This document shows, piece after piece, positions 7,901 to 17,316 of a stretch of 64,000 nt of DNA; the stretch's first letter is position 1, and each line of letters opens with the position of its first letter. The notes beneath the pieces were generated by a model. It saw only the letters and a program-made list of their open reading frames with translations. It ran no database searches and was not told the origin of the DNA. Both the position numbers and the translations under genes were made by a program. Source of the stretch: a virus (taxonomy: Duplodnaviria; Caudoviricetes); IMG/VR virus record IMGVR_UViG_3300037780_000050, positions 19,899 to 83,898 of that record. One strand, written 5' to 3'.

Positions 7901-10489
7901 ACCGGCACCGCTGAGATCGCCGCTGCGATGGCTGCGGGTGTTCCATCTATCGCTGCTCAGTCAGCACTGTGGGGTGCTGCTGCATCGAGCGGGGTGGCTT
8001 CGGCTCGTGCTTCCATCGAAGCAGACGTTGCCCGGATGCACGCAGCGCTCAGCCGTCCACTTCCTCGTCCGACCTTCTCCGGGTCTCCTGATGCCGTCGT
8101 TGCCCGAGGCGAGAATCGCTATGGCGGCATTCGCAACTACGGCGCCATGAGCTTCCGCCGAGGTGGCTCTCTCCCACCTCGCGGCCACACCCTCCCCCAG
8201 AACGCCACCATCAAGCGGGGAGGTCCGCTCGTGCAGTGGGCCGAGCCCGGCACCGGAGGCGAAGCATTCATCCCGCTGGGCATGAACAACCGCAAGCGGT
8301 CCTTGGCGATCTGGAGACAGACTGGTCGGCTGCTTGGGGCGCTCAACTTCGCTCGTGGAGGGTTCTTCCGTCGGCGCGTCCCTGGCGAGGACATCGCCGA
8401 GGCTCCACCCGAGGACATCGATGACCACATCGATGGGGCAGGCAGCGACAACCCCTTCCAGCGTCCTGGCGGCTCCAGCGGAGGTGGCGGATCCAGCGGC
8501 GGCGGTGGGGCTTCGGGCATCGATGACGCTGCGGACGCCGCGGAGGACTTGGCTGATGCGATAGAGGAGGCGAAGCAGAACTGGCGGGACTTCCGCTTCG
8601 AGTCCAAGGGTACGGCTGGGCAGATCAAGCAGATCAACCGGGAGCTGGCCAACACGGTCCAGTTCACGGATGAGTGGATGTCGCTCATGGCGCAGCGGCA
8701 GCAGTTGTTCGACCAGATGCGGGGTGATATCGACAGCCAGGTCAACACCCTGAACGGGTTGCTGGACCAGGCTCAGGACATCCGCCAGTCCCGCCGAGAC
8801 CGACGCCAGCAGTTCCGTGACGACAGAGCTGATCTGGTCGAGCGTCGCAACGAGGACTTGGCTCGCATCGATGAGGATCTCGCCGACCGGCTCGTGGACA
8901 TCGCCGAGCGGCGAGACGATGCGTTGGCTGATCTGGCAGAACGCCGAGCTGACCAGATCGAGAACGCCAACCGTCGGTTGGCCGATGCCCAGGAGAGCGC
9001 CGCCGAGCAGCGAGCAGACGCTCTGCTCAATTTGGAGGAGAACCTCGCCGATCAGCGGGCATCTCTTGCTGAGCGCACTTCCGACCAGCTTGCCGCCATC
9101 GAGGAGAACCTCCAGAATCAGATCGAGGGCCGAGCAGACGCGCTGGCGCGCTCGCTCGATCCCCTCCAGCGCTACGAGCAGGCGTGGGCCAACACCACCC
9201 AGTCGATTCTCGACAACTTCCGTGAGCAGAACGGCCAGTTCGACGCCACCTTGGCGGGGATCAACGCGCTGCGTGCGGCAGGGCTGTCCATGGAGGCCAT
9301 CTCGCTGCTGGGGCTCGAAGACGGTCCTCAGGCACTCAGCCAGATCGAGGCGCTGCGCGGGGCCAGCGAAGCGGAGATCGCCGAGCTGAATGCCTTGGCC
9401 GCAGGTCGGGAGACCACCGCTCTCCAGATGGCCACCAACCTCAGCGATGATCTGTTCGCTGAGGCCGCGTCGTCACGAGAGCGTGCACTGGCCGAGGCGG
9501 CAGACGCAGAAGCTCGTCTGATCAGGGACTACCAGCGCAGCCTCGCCGACATCCAGCAGAATTACGACCGGGCGCTGCGTGATGCCAACCAGGCACACGC
9601 CGAGGCCATCGCCAACGCCGAGTCCAGCTACGCCGAGTCGGTCGCCGATGTCCACGAGAGCTACACCGAGTCGGTCGCAGACGCCACTGAGGCCGCGGCC
9701 GAGGCCCGGGCCGAGGTTCGTGAGCAGTTCCGAGAGAGTCTCGCTGATTTGCGAGAGGACTTCCTCTCGGACATGGACGAGCTACAGCAGCAGCTCGATT
9801 CGCTGGGCGAGGATCAGGGCCGGACGTGGGCGCAGGCCATCCGTCAGGGGCTGCGCTCTGGGATTCCCGGCATTGTGGCTCTGGCTCGTGAGATTCAACG
9901 GTCCATCAACCGGTTGGAGAATCTCGAAGCCGACAGTCCCACCATGCCCGGACAGAACAACCCCAATGCTCCCGACGCCGCACAAGATGCGGGGCGCCGC
10001 CCAGGCAACGTCGGCAACCACCCGACGGGGGCACAGGGCAACCCCAACCCCGATCTGCGGTACTACCGGACTCGGGCGGGCGACCGCGGGTTGCAGATTG
10101 CCGAGCGGTTCGGCATCGGACTGGAGCGCCTTCGCAATCTGAACCCCGACGTACGGTTCGGCCCCAACGGCCGGATCGCTCTGGACGAGGGGATCAGGTT
10201 GACGGTGCCGAGGCTGCACAGCGGTGGTCTGGTGACCGGTGGGACCGGTCCCCAGAGCGAGTTGTTGGCGTTGCTCCAGAGCGGTGAGGGCGTGATGAGC
10301 CGGGACGCCCTTCGCGCTATTCGGAGCCAGGGCGGCATGGCCACCGCGCAGGACTACCGAGACGTGACCAGAGGCCAACGTCCGTTGTACGTGCAGGTCA
10401 TCACCCCGGACGGTCGGGTCATGTGGGAGTTCGTTCGTCCGTTCAGCGATGAGGACGAGATCATTCGAGGGGTGATGTCCGGTGGCTGA
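4976..10489 (+). CDS. tape measure protein with C-terminal LysM-like domain
   Basis: 1837 aa, Ala-rich; TPFDT tape-measure motif; WAEPGTGGEAFIPL motif; helical repeats; LysM-like AGDRGLQIAERFGIGLERLRNLNP near the C-terminus. Confidence 0.9.
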   Translation: MADQTAVFRAIADFSAIRKESAKAIGDLKALQAAAAGVNQQMATGTTAIGNSAAAIGAAGKSSRGAAAGYTAVGVAAGKAGKGASTASHGMEALNRSMTQATQRTTVFNSGLVGMIQTMGVLRSTAAGTAVTVGALTAAGAAVGIKFNASLEQARIGFKNIFDDAERARDVIDQIVSYARVTPFDTAGLITQVRQLTAAGFEMEEILVGSDEAATGLAVTIGNAAAAMGGGRDVADSMVQAITRIKATGRVTFEELRIFAERGVPAIEILQEKLGLTTKEVQRIGELGIEADVAISALTEGLDERFGGAMNEQARSALGLISTFLDNIQIGMGTAFEGLFEVFKGSLMAVTDLMTEINVLAVDVGFIEALAQKLPVIGPLVKSVTEFLSGLAEVVKSLAPVFEVFITAAAGGLTLLSGVLSKAAVGFQVFADLINSVNPNVLKFAASTLLLGKALGVAGPALTTFTAGLGYMVGGTGAVGASNALLRLSGVLAKLGPHGMVAAGAITAIGAAFLLAGRGGSKAEKAWKTASEKADILAGAAEHLETAMDGNSGSVDRNTDAWKKWLAETDEVREQLRGLDGTEVRQDELASIAANLVINGMSPEDAMLHVRALADAEFGRGFQIPFTVENLGSDGFLRDSLLGGLQQELNNIQVPDMDELLTPRESNLRIDAYNEAMAQLKDTATDIGPQIADLFQLDPAQGIEALIQAENAIRSMGLSSEDTAIIVDKLNDSFREQAGVASDGGNANSTYVDALSLVAQGADNLSEEQEALISVFNETLWVTGDVETALDAVRGAMVEQEAATDGAAGAIADYIDAMDEAATADRDSIAQQIEDTTKAFEEFVDPADTFMQLLDEVSDEGKLAAQQAAHDAGLSAEEWKRFPTEAGVGLKDWRIALENSLVHQRDWVDNLAAANEKFGPEVAAYFRDAGPEMAGALEQMVEDTTGESEKLADAIKEDAQLASSEFVGEFVDEMNTGTAEIAAAMAAGVPSIAAQSALWGAAASSGVASARASIEADVARMHAALSRPLPRPTFSGSPDAVVARGENRYGGIRNYGAMSFRRGGSLPPRGHTLPQNATIKRGGPLVQWAEPGTGGEAFIPLGMNNRKRSLAIWRQTGRLLGALNFARGGFFRRRVPGEDIAEAPPEDIDDHIDGAGSDNPFQRPGGSSGGGGSSGGGGASGIDDAADAAEDLADAIEEAKQNWRDFRFESKGTAGQIKQINRELANTVQFTDEWMSLMAQRQQLFDQMRGDIDSQVNTLNGLLDQAQDIRQSRRDRRQQFRDDRADLVERRNEDLARIDEDLADRLVDIAERRDDALADLAERRADQIENANRRLADAQESAAEQRADALLNLEENLADQRASLAERTSDQLAAIEENLQNQIEGRADALARSLDPLQRYEQAWANTTQSILDNFREQNGQFDATLAGINALRAAGLSMEAISLLGLEDGPQALSQIEALRGASEAEIAELNALAAGRETTALQMATNLSDDLFAEAASSRERALAEAADAEARLIRDYQRSLADIQQNYDRALRDANQAHAEAIANAESSYAESVADVHESYTESVADATEAAAEARAEVREQFRESLADLREDFLSDMDELQQQLDSLGEDQGRTWAQAIRQGLRSGIPGIVALAREIQRSINRLENLEADSPTMPGQNNPNAPDAAQDAGRRPGNVGNHPTGAQGNPNPDLRYYRTRAGDRGLQIAERFGIGLERLRNLNPDVRFGPNGRIALDEGIRLTVPRLHSGGLVTGGTGPQSELLALLQSGEGVMSRDALRAIRSQGGMATAQDYRDVTRGQRPLYVQVITPDGRVMWEFVRPFSDEDEIIRGVMSGG

Positions 10490-10892
10490 GACCCCCCGCA
10501 TCGAGCGGTACACCGACGCCACATCCTTCGTGGAGCTACCAGGGTTCACCGTCAGGCGCCCCCAGATGACCCAGGAGGCTGCCTTCGTCCAGTACGAGGG
10601 TGACACCCGCCCGCGGGTCTACACGGGCCAGCACACCGACGTTCTGTGGGAGCTGAGCGGGACCTTCTGGCGCACCGATACCGCGGCACTGACCACGCTG
10701 GTGTCGATACTGGACGGCGCGCACGCCAGTGCCGACCGCAGGCTCCGGCTCACCCCAGGCGGGTCTGTGCTCGATGGGATCTATCCGGTTCCGCTGGTCG
10801 TGGCGCTCGATGGTCCGTATTCGATGGACCAGACCCCCAAAGGGTCGGGGATCTGGGAAGTGTCGATGACGTTGCGAGAGGTGGTGGGTTGA
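10482..10892 (+). CDS. distal tail/minor tail protein
   Basis: Directly after TMP; 136 aa beta-rich. Confidence 0.55.
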   Translation: MAETPRIERYTDATSFVELPGFTVRRPQMTQEAAFVQYEGDTRPRVYTGQHTDVLWELSGTFWRTDTAALTTLVSILDGAHASADRRLRLTPGGSVLDGIYPVPLVVALDGPYSMDQTPKGSGIWEVSMTLREVVG

Positions 10893-11119
10893 TGCAGGCA
10901 AAGCTGGGAGGCCCCCGCAGCACGCTGACCGAGGCTGAGGTCGATGAGGTGCTGAGTCACAGCTACGGCGCTCGCATCCGTTGGGGGTTGGTGGTGGAGG
11001 ATGCCGCAGGCAACCCTCGCGGTCCGGTGGTTCTGCACGAGAGCACGGATGAGGACTGGAACGCAGGCACGCTGGATGCTGGTCTGGTCGTGCAGAATGG
11101 AACGGTGACAGGATCATGA
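10892..11119 (+). CDS. 75-aa minor tail protein, possibly the detached N-terminus of the baseplate hub
   Basis: TGATG coupling; ends with DEDWNAGTLDAGLVVQNGTV. Confidence 0.5.
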   Translation: MQAKLGGPRSTLTEAEVDEVLSHSYGARIRWGLVVEDAAGNPRGPVVLHESTDEDWNAGTLDAGLVVQNGTVTGS

Positions 11120-11517
11120 GCAACAGCACAGCTCTGGCCGATGGGGTGCTCGACTACGTGGTGGGCAGAAGTGGTCTGCTGGGAGGCGACGCCAGCCGCA
11201 CCATCCGAGCGTGGACAGTCATGCCCAACGCAGCGGGGACAGGCGGAACCGAGGTCAGTGGCGGCAGCTACGCCGCGCTCACCCTCAGCCGCACCAACCA
11301 CTTCAATTCAGATGCTTCGTCTGGCTCGATCTCCAACACCGGCAACATCGACTTCGCCGAGGCGACAGCTTCGTGGGGCACGGTGGTGGGAGTGACCATC
11401 CATGTCACGTCGGGCAACGCTCTTTTGCGTATCTGTCGGTTCGCCACTCCGGTGACCGTTGCCAGTGGACAGACGCTTCGCATCCCCACAGGCAACCTCA
11501 CTCTCACTCAGGCGTAG
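11116..11517 (+). CDS. small beta-sandwich tail/fibre structural protein
   Basis: GTEVSGGSYA, IDFAEATASWGTV and GNLTLT pattern common in phage tail regions. Confidence 0.6.
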   Translation: MSNSTALADGVLDYVVGRSGLLGGDASRTIRAWTVMPNAAGTGGTEVSGGSYAALTLSRTNHFNSDASSGSISNTGNIDFAEATASWGTVVGVTIHVTSGNALLRICRFATPVTVASGQTLRIPTGNLTLTQA

Positions 11518-11520
11518 CCC

Positions 11521-14500
11521 ATGGCTGACATCCTGCTCATCGGCGCTTCGGTGGTTTCGGGCGGGGCCTTCGGCACCACCGCTGAGGAGGACTCTGCCCT
11601 GGCCCTGGAGGGCCGGGGCCACACCGTCACCCGAGTCCAAGCCTCGACTCTGACGACGCAGCCTGCGGCTTCGTCCTATGACGTGGCCATCCACATGGAC
11701 GGGACGCCCGGGGCCGACGAGGTGCTGCGGGCCACCGACGCCGGGGCCTGCGGGCTGATCGCCTGCAACACCTACTACTGGGCCAACGCCTATGGGCACA
11801 CGGCCTTGGCCACCGGCCCCACCGGGACCGGCAACTCCGATGCCGACTGGGAGATCCTCGACACCACCGAGATCTCATGGACTGCTGGGTATGCAGTCAA
11901 CGACACGGTGGCGGTGTGGCCCTTCGACGTCTATCAGGAGGCCGTGCAGGGCGTGGTGTCGGGCTCGACCCCGGTCATCGCCACGGTCTCGCCGGGCAAC
12001 AACACCTGCGTGCTCGTCCCTGCCGGGGTCACCAACCTGGCGTCGGCCACGACGTCGGCGAACGTGGCCCTGTTCAACATTTGGGCCGACATCTGGCGGC
12101 TGAACTCGGCCGGTCTCCAGATCCTCGATGACGTCATCGACTGGGCCATCGGCGTCAACAGCTACGCCGAAACTCCAGCGTTCACTGCCAGTGCCGCCAT
12201 GACGGTGACGGACGCGCAGGGCCGCTTCGATGCACCCGCTTTCACAGCCAGCGCTGAGATGACCGTCACTTCGGTCTTTGGTCAGGTGGAGTCTGTTGAC
12301 TTCACCGCCAGCGCTGCTCTCACTGTGGAGAGTGTTCACGCCCCACCAGGCGTTGATCCCAGTCTGCTTCTCGGGTGGTGGGACGCGTCGACCCTGGCTG
12401 CCGGGGCGCAGCCCTGGGACGACATCTCCGGGGCCGGGGGAGCGCTTACCGCATGGGGCACTCCAGCGGTCATCGAGAATGCCCGCGGTGCCTTGTCGGC
12501 GTTCAACTACGACATCGCCGACACCGAGTACCACTCCTACGTCTTGTCAGGGGCGGTGGGGCAGGCCATGACCTACGCGGTTGCGTTCCGGGCCGACTCG
12601 GTGGCTGAAACCGCAGTCAACCTCGGGAACGGCTCGCCGCTGGTTGACCGCTCAGCGTGGTCCGGGTTCTCGCTCCACCAGACCGGCGGCATCGTCTACG
12701 CCACGGCGTTCGCGTACGACACCGCCTACCGGTACTCGTCGCCGGTCGAGCTGACCCTCGGCCAGTGGCATGTTGCGATCTTGACCCTGGATGCCGGGGC
12801 CAGCACGCTGACGTTCGCCGTCGATGGCGGCACTCCGGTACAGATCACGGGTCTCACTGGCGAAACCGACCGGACAGGCGTCTTCATCGGCTCCGGCTTC
12901 ACCAACTACTTCGATGGCGGCGTCGGCGAGGTAGTCATTTCTGAGGAAGAAGTAAGCGGTGCTTCCTTGGATCTTCTTACCACCTACTTGACCAGTCGGT
13001 GGTTGGAGAACTTCGAGGAGTTTCCTGGCTTCGATGTCGGCGTCGATGTCAGTGTCGAGGATCTTCAAGGGTGGGTTTCAGCCCCCGAGTTCAGCGCTGA
13101 TGTAGCTCTCACCGTCGATGATTTGCTGTCGATCACCGAGGCTCCCTCTTTCACTGTTGACGTGGCCTTCACCGCCACAGTCGGGACTCTCGTCAGTCTC
13201 TCTCGTCTGACTCCCGAGATCGACATCAGCCAAGCTGATACCGGCTACTCGCTGGTGTCGTGGTCTGCTGTGACCCCACCAGAGACGTTCCTGACCGTGG
13301 AGGTCACATACGATGGGGGGTCGAATTGGTACGAGTGCTCCAACGGGGGTGCACTCCCCAACCTGCCAGGAAGCCTCAGTGGGGTCACGGCTCAGTTCCG
13401 TCAGACTCTTTCACAGCTCGACACCACATCGGAGTGGCCGACTCTCAACGACTTTCGAGTAGAGGTCGGATCCCCCATCAGGTTGGACAACGGCAGCATC
13501 AGCTACAGCTTCTCCAAGCCCCAGCCCGGGGCAACTGACCAGTCCTCGGTGAAGCGCACCGCATCGTTGATCGTCGCTGATCCGCTCCCTGACTATGCCG
13601 ACCCGGGCGTAGCCATCTTCAAGCCCTACGTGGAGATGCAGGCAGCCAGCACTGGCAACTGGGTCCGGTTCTATCTCGGGGAGTTCGAGTCGCTCGCCCC
13701 ACCCAAGACCGATGACGGGACGCGCATCACCCTCAACCTTCGGCTGGCCAGCAGAGAACAGAAGCTGGCCCGAGCAGACACCACCGACTACGTGGTGGCT
13801 CCGGTCAACCGCAACATCGTGCTGTTCGTCCGCGAGGACGTGCTCGTGGACGAGTTCGGAGAGACCGACTTCGACTTCCCGACCACCACCGACACCATCC
13901 CCGACGACATCGTGTTCCCCCCAGGTACTTCGTGGCTGGAGGTGGTCAACACGGCGTTGGAGAGCGTTGGGTGGTCCAATCTGGTCGTCAACGGCGATGG
14001 CCAGTGGACCGCAGCTCCCGCCACAGTCACCAAGACTCCTGAGTGGGTGTATCCCACCGCCACCCCCGTGGTGCGCGCATCGTCCATCGAGCCCTTCACC
14101 GGGGACATCCCCAACGTCGTGGTGGTGCGTGCCCGACGCGGCCCCAGCCTGCCGGTGGAGGGCAACGGCCAGATCACCCTCAGGAATCTGGCTACCGGGC
14201 CGTTCTCCATCGCTGGGCGAGGTGGGCTGGAGGTCACCGAGGAGTTGACGGTGGAGGCTGCCGATCAGGAGGCGCTGGAGCGCATCGGTATCGCCCGGGC
14301 AGAGGCCATGTTCCGAGGGGGAGGCGATCGGCTCCAGCTCACCGCGGGGCTCAACCCTCTCCACGACGAGCAGGACAGCGTGCTGGTGACCAAGGAGCGC
14401 TTCGGGATCACCGACGCGCGGTTCTGGGTGACAGGTTGGGCGATCAATCTTGGGCGGGTGGAGAGCATGGCCACCATGGAGTTGACTTTGGAGCGGCAGG

Positions 14501-14667
14501 TGGCCAATGCAGAGTCGTCGGCTCAAGTCTCGTCTGGTGGGGCGGCAACATCGATCGCGACGGCTGAGGCGGTTGTGGTGGTACCGACGTATGCAGAGTC
14601 TCCAGACGATACCTATGCATGTTCAGCGACATCTCATGCTCAGGGGCTGGTGTTCGATGCTTCGTGA
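11521..14667 (+). CDS. minor tail protein: receptor-binding domains (LamG/ConA-like) fused to a baseplate hub (Tal-like) C-terminus
   Basis: LLGWWDAS to FDGGVGEVVIS LamG-like block; ~20-aa PxFTxxAxxTV repeats; hub-like KRTASLIV, YLGEF, IPNVVVVR, GLNPLH. Confidence 0.65.
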   Translation: MADILLIGASVVSGGAFGTTAEEDSALALEGRGHTVTRVQASTLTTQPAASSYDVAIHMDGTPGADEVLRATDAGACGLIACNTYYWANAYGHTALATGPTGTGNSDADWEILDTTEISWTAGYAVNDTVAVWPFDVYQEAVQGVVSGSTPVIATVSPGNNTCVLVPAGVTNLASATTSANVALFNIWADIWRLNSAGLQILDDVIDWAIGVNSYAETPAFTASAAMTVTDAQGRFDAPAFTASAEMTVTSVFGQVESVDFTASAALTVESVHAPPGVDPSLLLGWWDASTLAAGAQPWDDISGAGGALTAWGTPAVIENARGALSAFNYDIADTEYHSYVLSGAVGQAMTYAVAFRADSVAETAVNLGNGSPLVDRSAWSGFSLHQTGGIVYATAFAYDTAYRYSSPVELTLGQWHVAILTLDAGASTLTFAVDGGTPVQITGLTGETDRTGVFIGSGFTNYFDGGVGEVVISEEEVSGASLDLLTTYLTSRWLENFEEFPGFDVGVDVSVEDLQGWVSAPEFSADVALTVDDLLSITEAPSFTVDVAFTATVGTLVSLSRLTPEIDISQADTGYSLVSWSAVTPPETFLTVEVTYDGGSNWYECSNGGALPNLPGSLSGVTAQFRQTLSQLDTTSEWPTLNDFRVEVGSPIRLDNGSISYSFSKPQPGATDQSSVKRTASLIVADPLPDYADPGVAIFKPYVEMQAASTGNWVRFYLGEFESLAPPKTDDGTRITLNLRLASREQKLARADTTDYVVAPVNRNIVLFVREDVLVDEFGETDFDFPTTTDTIPDDIVFPPGTSWLEVVNTALESVGWSNLVVNGDGQWTAAPATVTKTPEWVYPTATPVVRASSIEPFTGDIPNVVVVRARRGPSLPVEGNGQITLRNLATGPFSIAGRGGLEVTEELTVEAADQEALERIGIARAEAMFRGGGDRLQLTAGLNPLHDEQDSVLVTKERFGITDARFWVTGWAINLGRVESMATMELTLERQVANAESSAQVSSGGAATSIATAEAVVVVPTYAESPDDTYACSATSHAQGLVFDAS

Positions 14668-14679
14668 GAGGAGGGTGAC

Positions 14680-16656
14680 GTGCCCCCGGTAGCAGTAGGA
14701 ACGAGGCTCAGCCTCGCGCAAGTGGTCTCGTCTGATCCCGTGACGGTTCGCCCCTACGGGTCGGTGGTGGAGATGTCCGTCTACGAGAACTTCGCGGGCG
14801 CGCTCACCATCGGGCAGCAGGTGCTCACGGGCTTCGATGAGTCAGGGCGTTTGGTCGTGTTCGCTCAGACGACCAACCCCGACTACATCCCCAACACAGC
14901 CGGAGCGATCAGCACGTACAACATCGCCGACGCCGCCATCACCAGGGACCACATCCTTGAGAATGCCATCGACCGCACGCGCATCGCTCAGGGTGAGGTA
15001 ACGGCCGCGCTCATCGCCGTCGATGCCATCGATGCGACCCACATCAGTCCCGAGGCCATCACCGCCCCGGCCATCGCAGCCAACGCCATCGTGGGATACC
15101 ACATCGTGGCGAACAGCATCAGCGCCAGCCACATCTCTGCCTACAGCATCACCGCTGAGGAGATCGCAGCCAACACCATCACCGCTGACCGCATCCTGTC
15201 GCGCACCATCACTGCCGACCGCATCGGTGTCGGCGAGATCACTGCCACGGAGATCGCAGCCAACACCATCACGGCTGCCGAGATCGAGGCTGGGAGTCTC
15301 ACCAGCGCCAGTGGCGTGTTCGGTGACATCAGCGCCGATGACATCACCACCGGCAGCCTGAGCGCCGACAGGATCAGCGGCGGCACCATCTCGGCAGAGA
15401 CGATCATTCTCGCCGGTTCGACGCTCAGCTCCCTCAACTACGACGGCAACTTTGACGGTGCTTCTGGTTGGAGCTTTCAGGGCGGGACCGCAGTGCTCAA
15501 CGACGTGATCATCCGCGGCACCCTCAGTGGTGTCGACGGTACTTTCTCCGGCAATCTCAGTGGTGGCACGATCGACATAGGCGGATCGGACACTTCATCG
15601 TTTCATGTAGATGATGCGGGCAATATGTGGTTGGGAGCTGCGACTTACGCTGCGGCAGAGTCTACATTTAGGGTATCTAGTTCTGGCGATGCCCAGTGCG
15701 CTACTTTAAGGGTCGGTGAGTGGGGGCGGGTTTCGGTTTTCAACACGAATAGCATGAGGGTAGGCGCCACAGGAACTGGGGCTGCTCGTGGTGCCTTGGA
15801 GTTACTCGGATACGACGGGATATCGATTCTTTCCGATGTTGCTCCAGTAAGGATTACTGCTGGTGGGTCAATTCAGGTCAGTCAGTTGTTGGGGCACATA
15901 GGTCAGTCAATTCACATCGACTTTAGGGACTCACTGGGGACTCGTTTGGGGTACATCGGCTACCCAGGCAACGACGACATTTGGGTCCGCAACGAAGCGT
16001 CCTCAGGGCTGGTCTACATCGCCACGAACAGCGAGGCGCGGATCACCGTCAGCCCTTCTGGAACCGTCACCATTGGTAGCACGACCTCGCCGACGGAATC
16101 CCAGTTCCGGGTCTACGCAGATTGGCCGTCGACCAATGCGGCGATCATCTGGAACCAGGCAGGGACCTTCACCGACTCCCCCAAGGGGCTCGACATCTAC
16201 CTGGGGGCCTCCGGTGCGGTGAACGACCCCCAGAACGACGACGATTTCATCCGGTTCCGCCGGGGCGACGGCTCCGTGGTGGGCCAGATCGACGGCGACG
16301 GCGCGGGCGGCGTTCGCTACCACCCCAATTCGGACCGGAAGTTGAAGACCAAGATCACCAAGGATCTGAGCGAGGCCGTGGACGCCTTCGACCAGATCCC
16401 TTGGCGGTCCTTCGTGTGGAAGGCCACTGACCAACCTGCCGCAGGCGTCATCGCGCAGGAACTCCACAAGGTCCCGCGGTGGGCCTACACAGTCTCCGTC
16501 GGCGGGAAGTTCAAGGAGCCGGATCCCGATACCGGGAAGATGCGGACCTACTACAAGAACTGGGGCGTGGATCACGTCCCGTTCATCGGCGTCATCGCCG
16601 CCAAAGTACGATCTCTCGAAGCCCGAATCGAGCAGCTCGAAGCTGCTGCTCGCTGA
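14680..16656 (+). CDS. tail fibre with ITAxxI repeats and C-terminal S74 intramolecular chaperone
   Basis: Repeated ITADRI / ITAxEIAAN; NSDRKLK followed by GVIAQE and a terminal coiled coil. Confidence 0.85.
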   Translation: MPPVAVGTRLSLAQVVSSDPVTVRPYGSVVEMSVYENFAGALTIGQQVLTGFDESGRLVVFAQTTNPDYIPNTAGAISTYNIADAAITRDHILENAIDRTRIAQGEVTAALIAVDAIDATHISPEAITAPAIAANAIVGYHIVANSISASHISAYSITAEEIAANTITADRILSRTITADRIGVGEITATEIAANTITAAEIEAGSLTSASGVFGDISADDITTGSLSADRISGGTISAETIILAGSTLSSLNYDGNFDGASGWSFQGGTAVLNDVIIRGTLSGVDGTFSGNLSGGTIDIGGSDTSSFHVDDAGNMWLGAATYAAAESTFRVSSSGDAQCATLRVGEWGRVSVFNTNSMRVGATGTGAARGALELLGYDGISILSDVAPVRITAGGSIQVSQLLGHIGQSIHIDFRDSLGTRLGYIGYPGNDDIWVRNEASSGLVYIATNSEARITVSPSGTVTIGSTTSPTESQFRVYADWPSTNAAIIWNQAGTFTDSPKGLDIYLGASGAVNDPQNDDDFIRFRRGDGSVVGQIDGDGAGGVRYHPNSDRKLKTKITKDLSEAVDAFDQIPWRSFVWKATDQPAAGVIAQELHKVPRWAYTVSVGGKFKEPDPDTGKMRTYYKNWGVDHVPFIGVIAAKVRSLEARIEQLEAAAR

Positions 16657-16673
16657 CCAGTTAGGAATCATCT

Positions 16674-16874
16674 GTGACCGATGCATCAGAAGACCAGACC
16701 GATACTGGCCCAGTCCAGCTCAACATCGAGGATGTGCTTGCTGAGTTGCAAGATCAGGTCCAGCGGTTGACGAGTGAGCTGACCGTGGCCAACTCCAGAA
16801 TTCGGGGACTGTTGCGTGAGAATGAACAACTCAAGACCAAGCCCCGACCGAAAAGGACCAGCCCCAAGAGTTGA
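16674..16874 (+). CDS. small coiled-coil protein
   Basis: 66 aa heptad pattern, follows the fibre gene. Confidence 0.55.
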   Translation: MTDASEDQTDTGPVQLNIEDVLAELQDQVQRLTSELTVANSRIRGLLRENEQLKTKPRPKRTSPKS

Positions 16875-16932
16875 GGATGAGGTCTTCGGCTCCGAGCGCT
16901 ACACCCATGTGCCCCATCCCCTCACCAGGGGG

Positions 16933-17316
16933 ATGCGGCGCCTGCTGGGTTGGATCGCCTTCTCCAGCCTGACCAACGTGGTGGTGTTCACTGTCTCCCC
17001 GCGGGACTCGGTGGCTGCCTATGAGTGGGCGCTCGACCTGCTGCCGATCTACACCTTCGAGATCCTGTGGATCACCGTGGCCATCGGGGCCATCTTGATC
17101 CTCACCGACCACATCAACCCGGCCGTGAGGTTCTTCGTGCTCGCCGCCTACGGGGTGATCCAGCTCGTCTTCGCTGTGGCCCTACTGCGCCTGGCGTGGT
17201 CCCAGGGTGGGGAGACCGCCGTGGTCGGCGCTCTCCAGTGGATCGGCTACGCCTACTTCTCCGCGATGTCGGTGGTGGATTGGCCCCCTCGGCCGATGAA
17301 GCAGGCGGTGAAGTGA
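16933..17316 (+). CDS. multi-pass membrane protein of the lysis cassette
   Basis: About four hydrophobic segments; start could be upstream (ORF open from 16816). Confidence 0.55.
   Translation: MRRLLGWIAFSSLTNVVVFTVSPRDSVAAYEWALDLLPIYTFEILWITVAIGAILILTDHINPAVRFFVLAAYGVIQLVFAVALLRLAWSQGGETAVVGALQWIGYAYFSAMSVVDWPPRPMKQAVK

Noticed and set aside
14680-16656. Diversity-generating retroelement acting on the tail fibre
   Set aside because: No reverse transcriptase and no template/variable repeat pair differing at adenines in this window.
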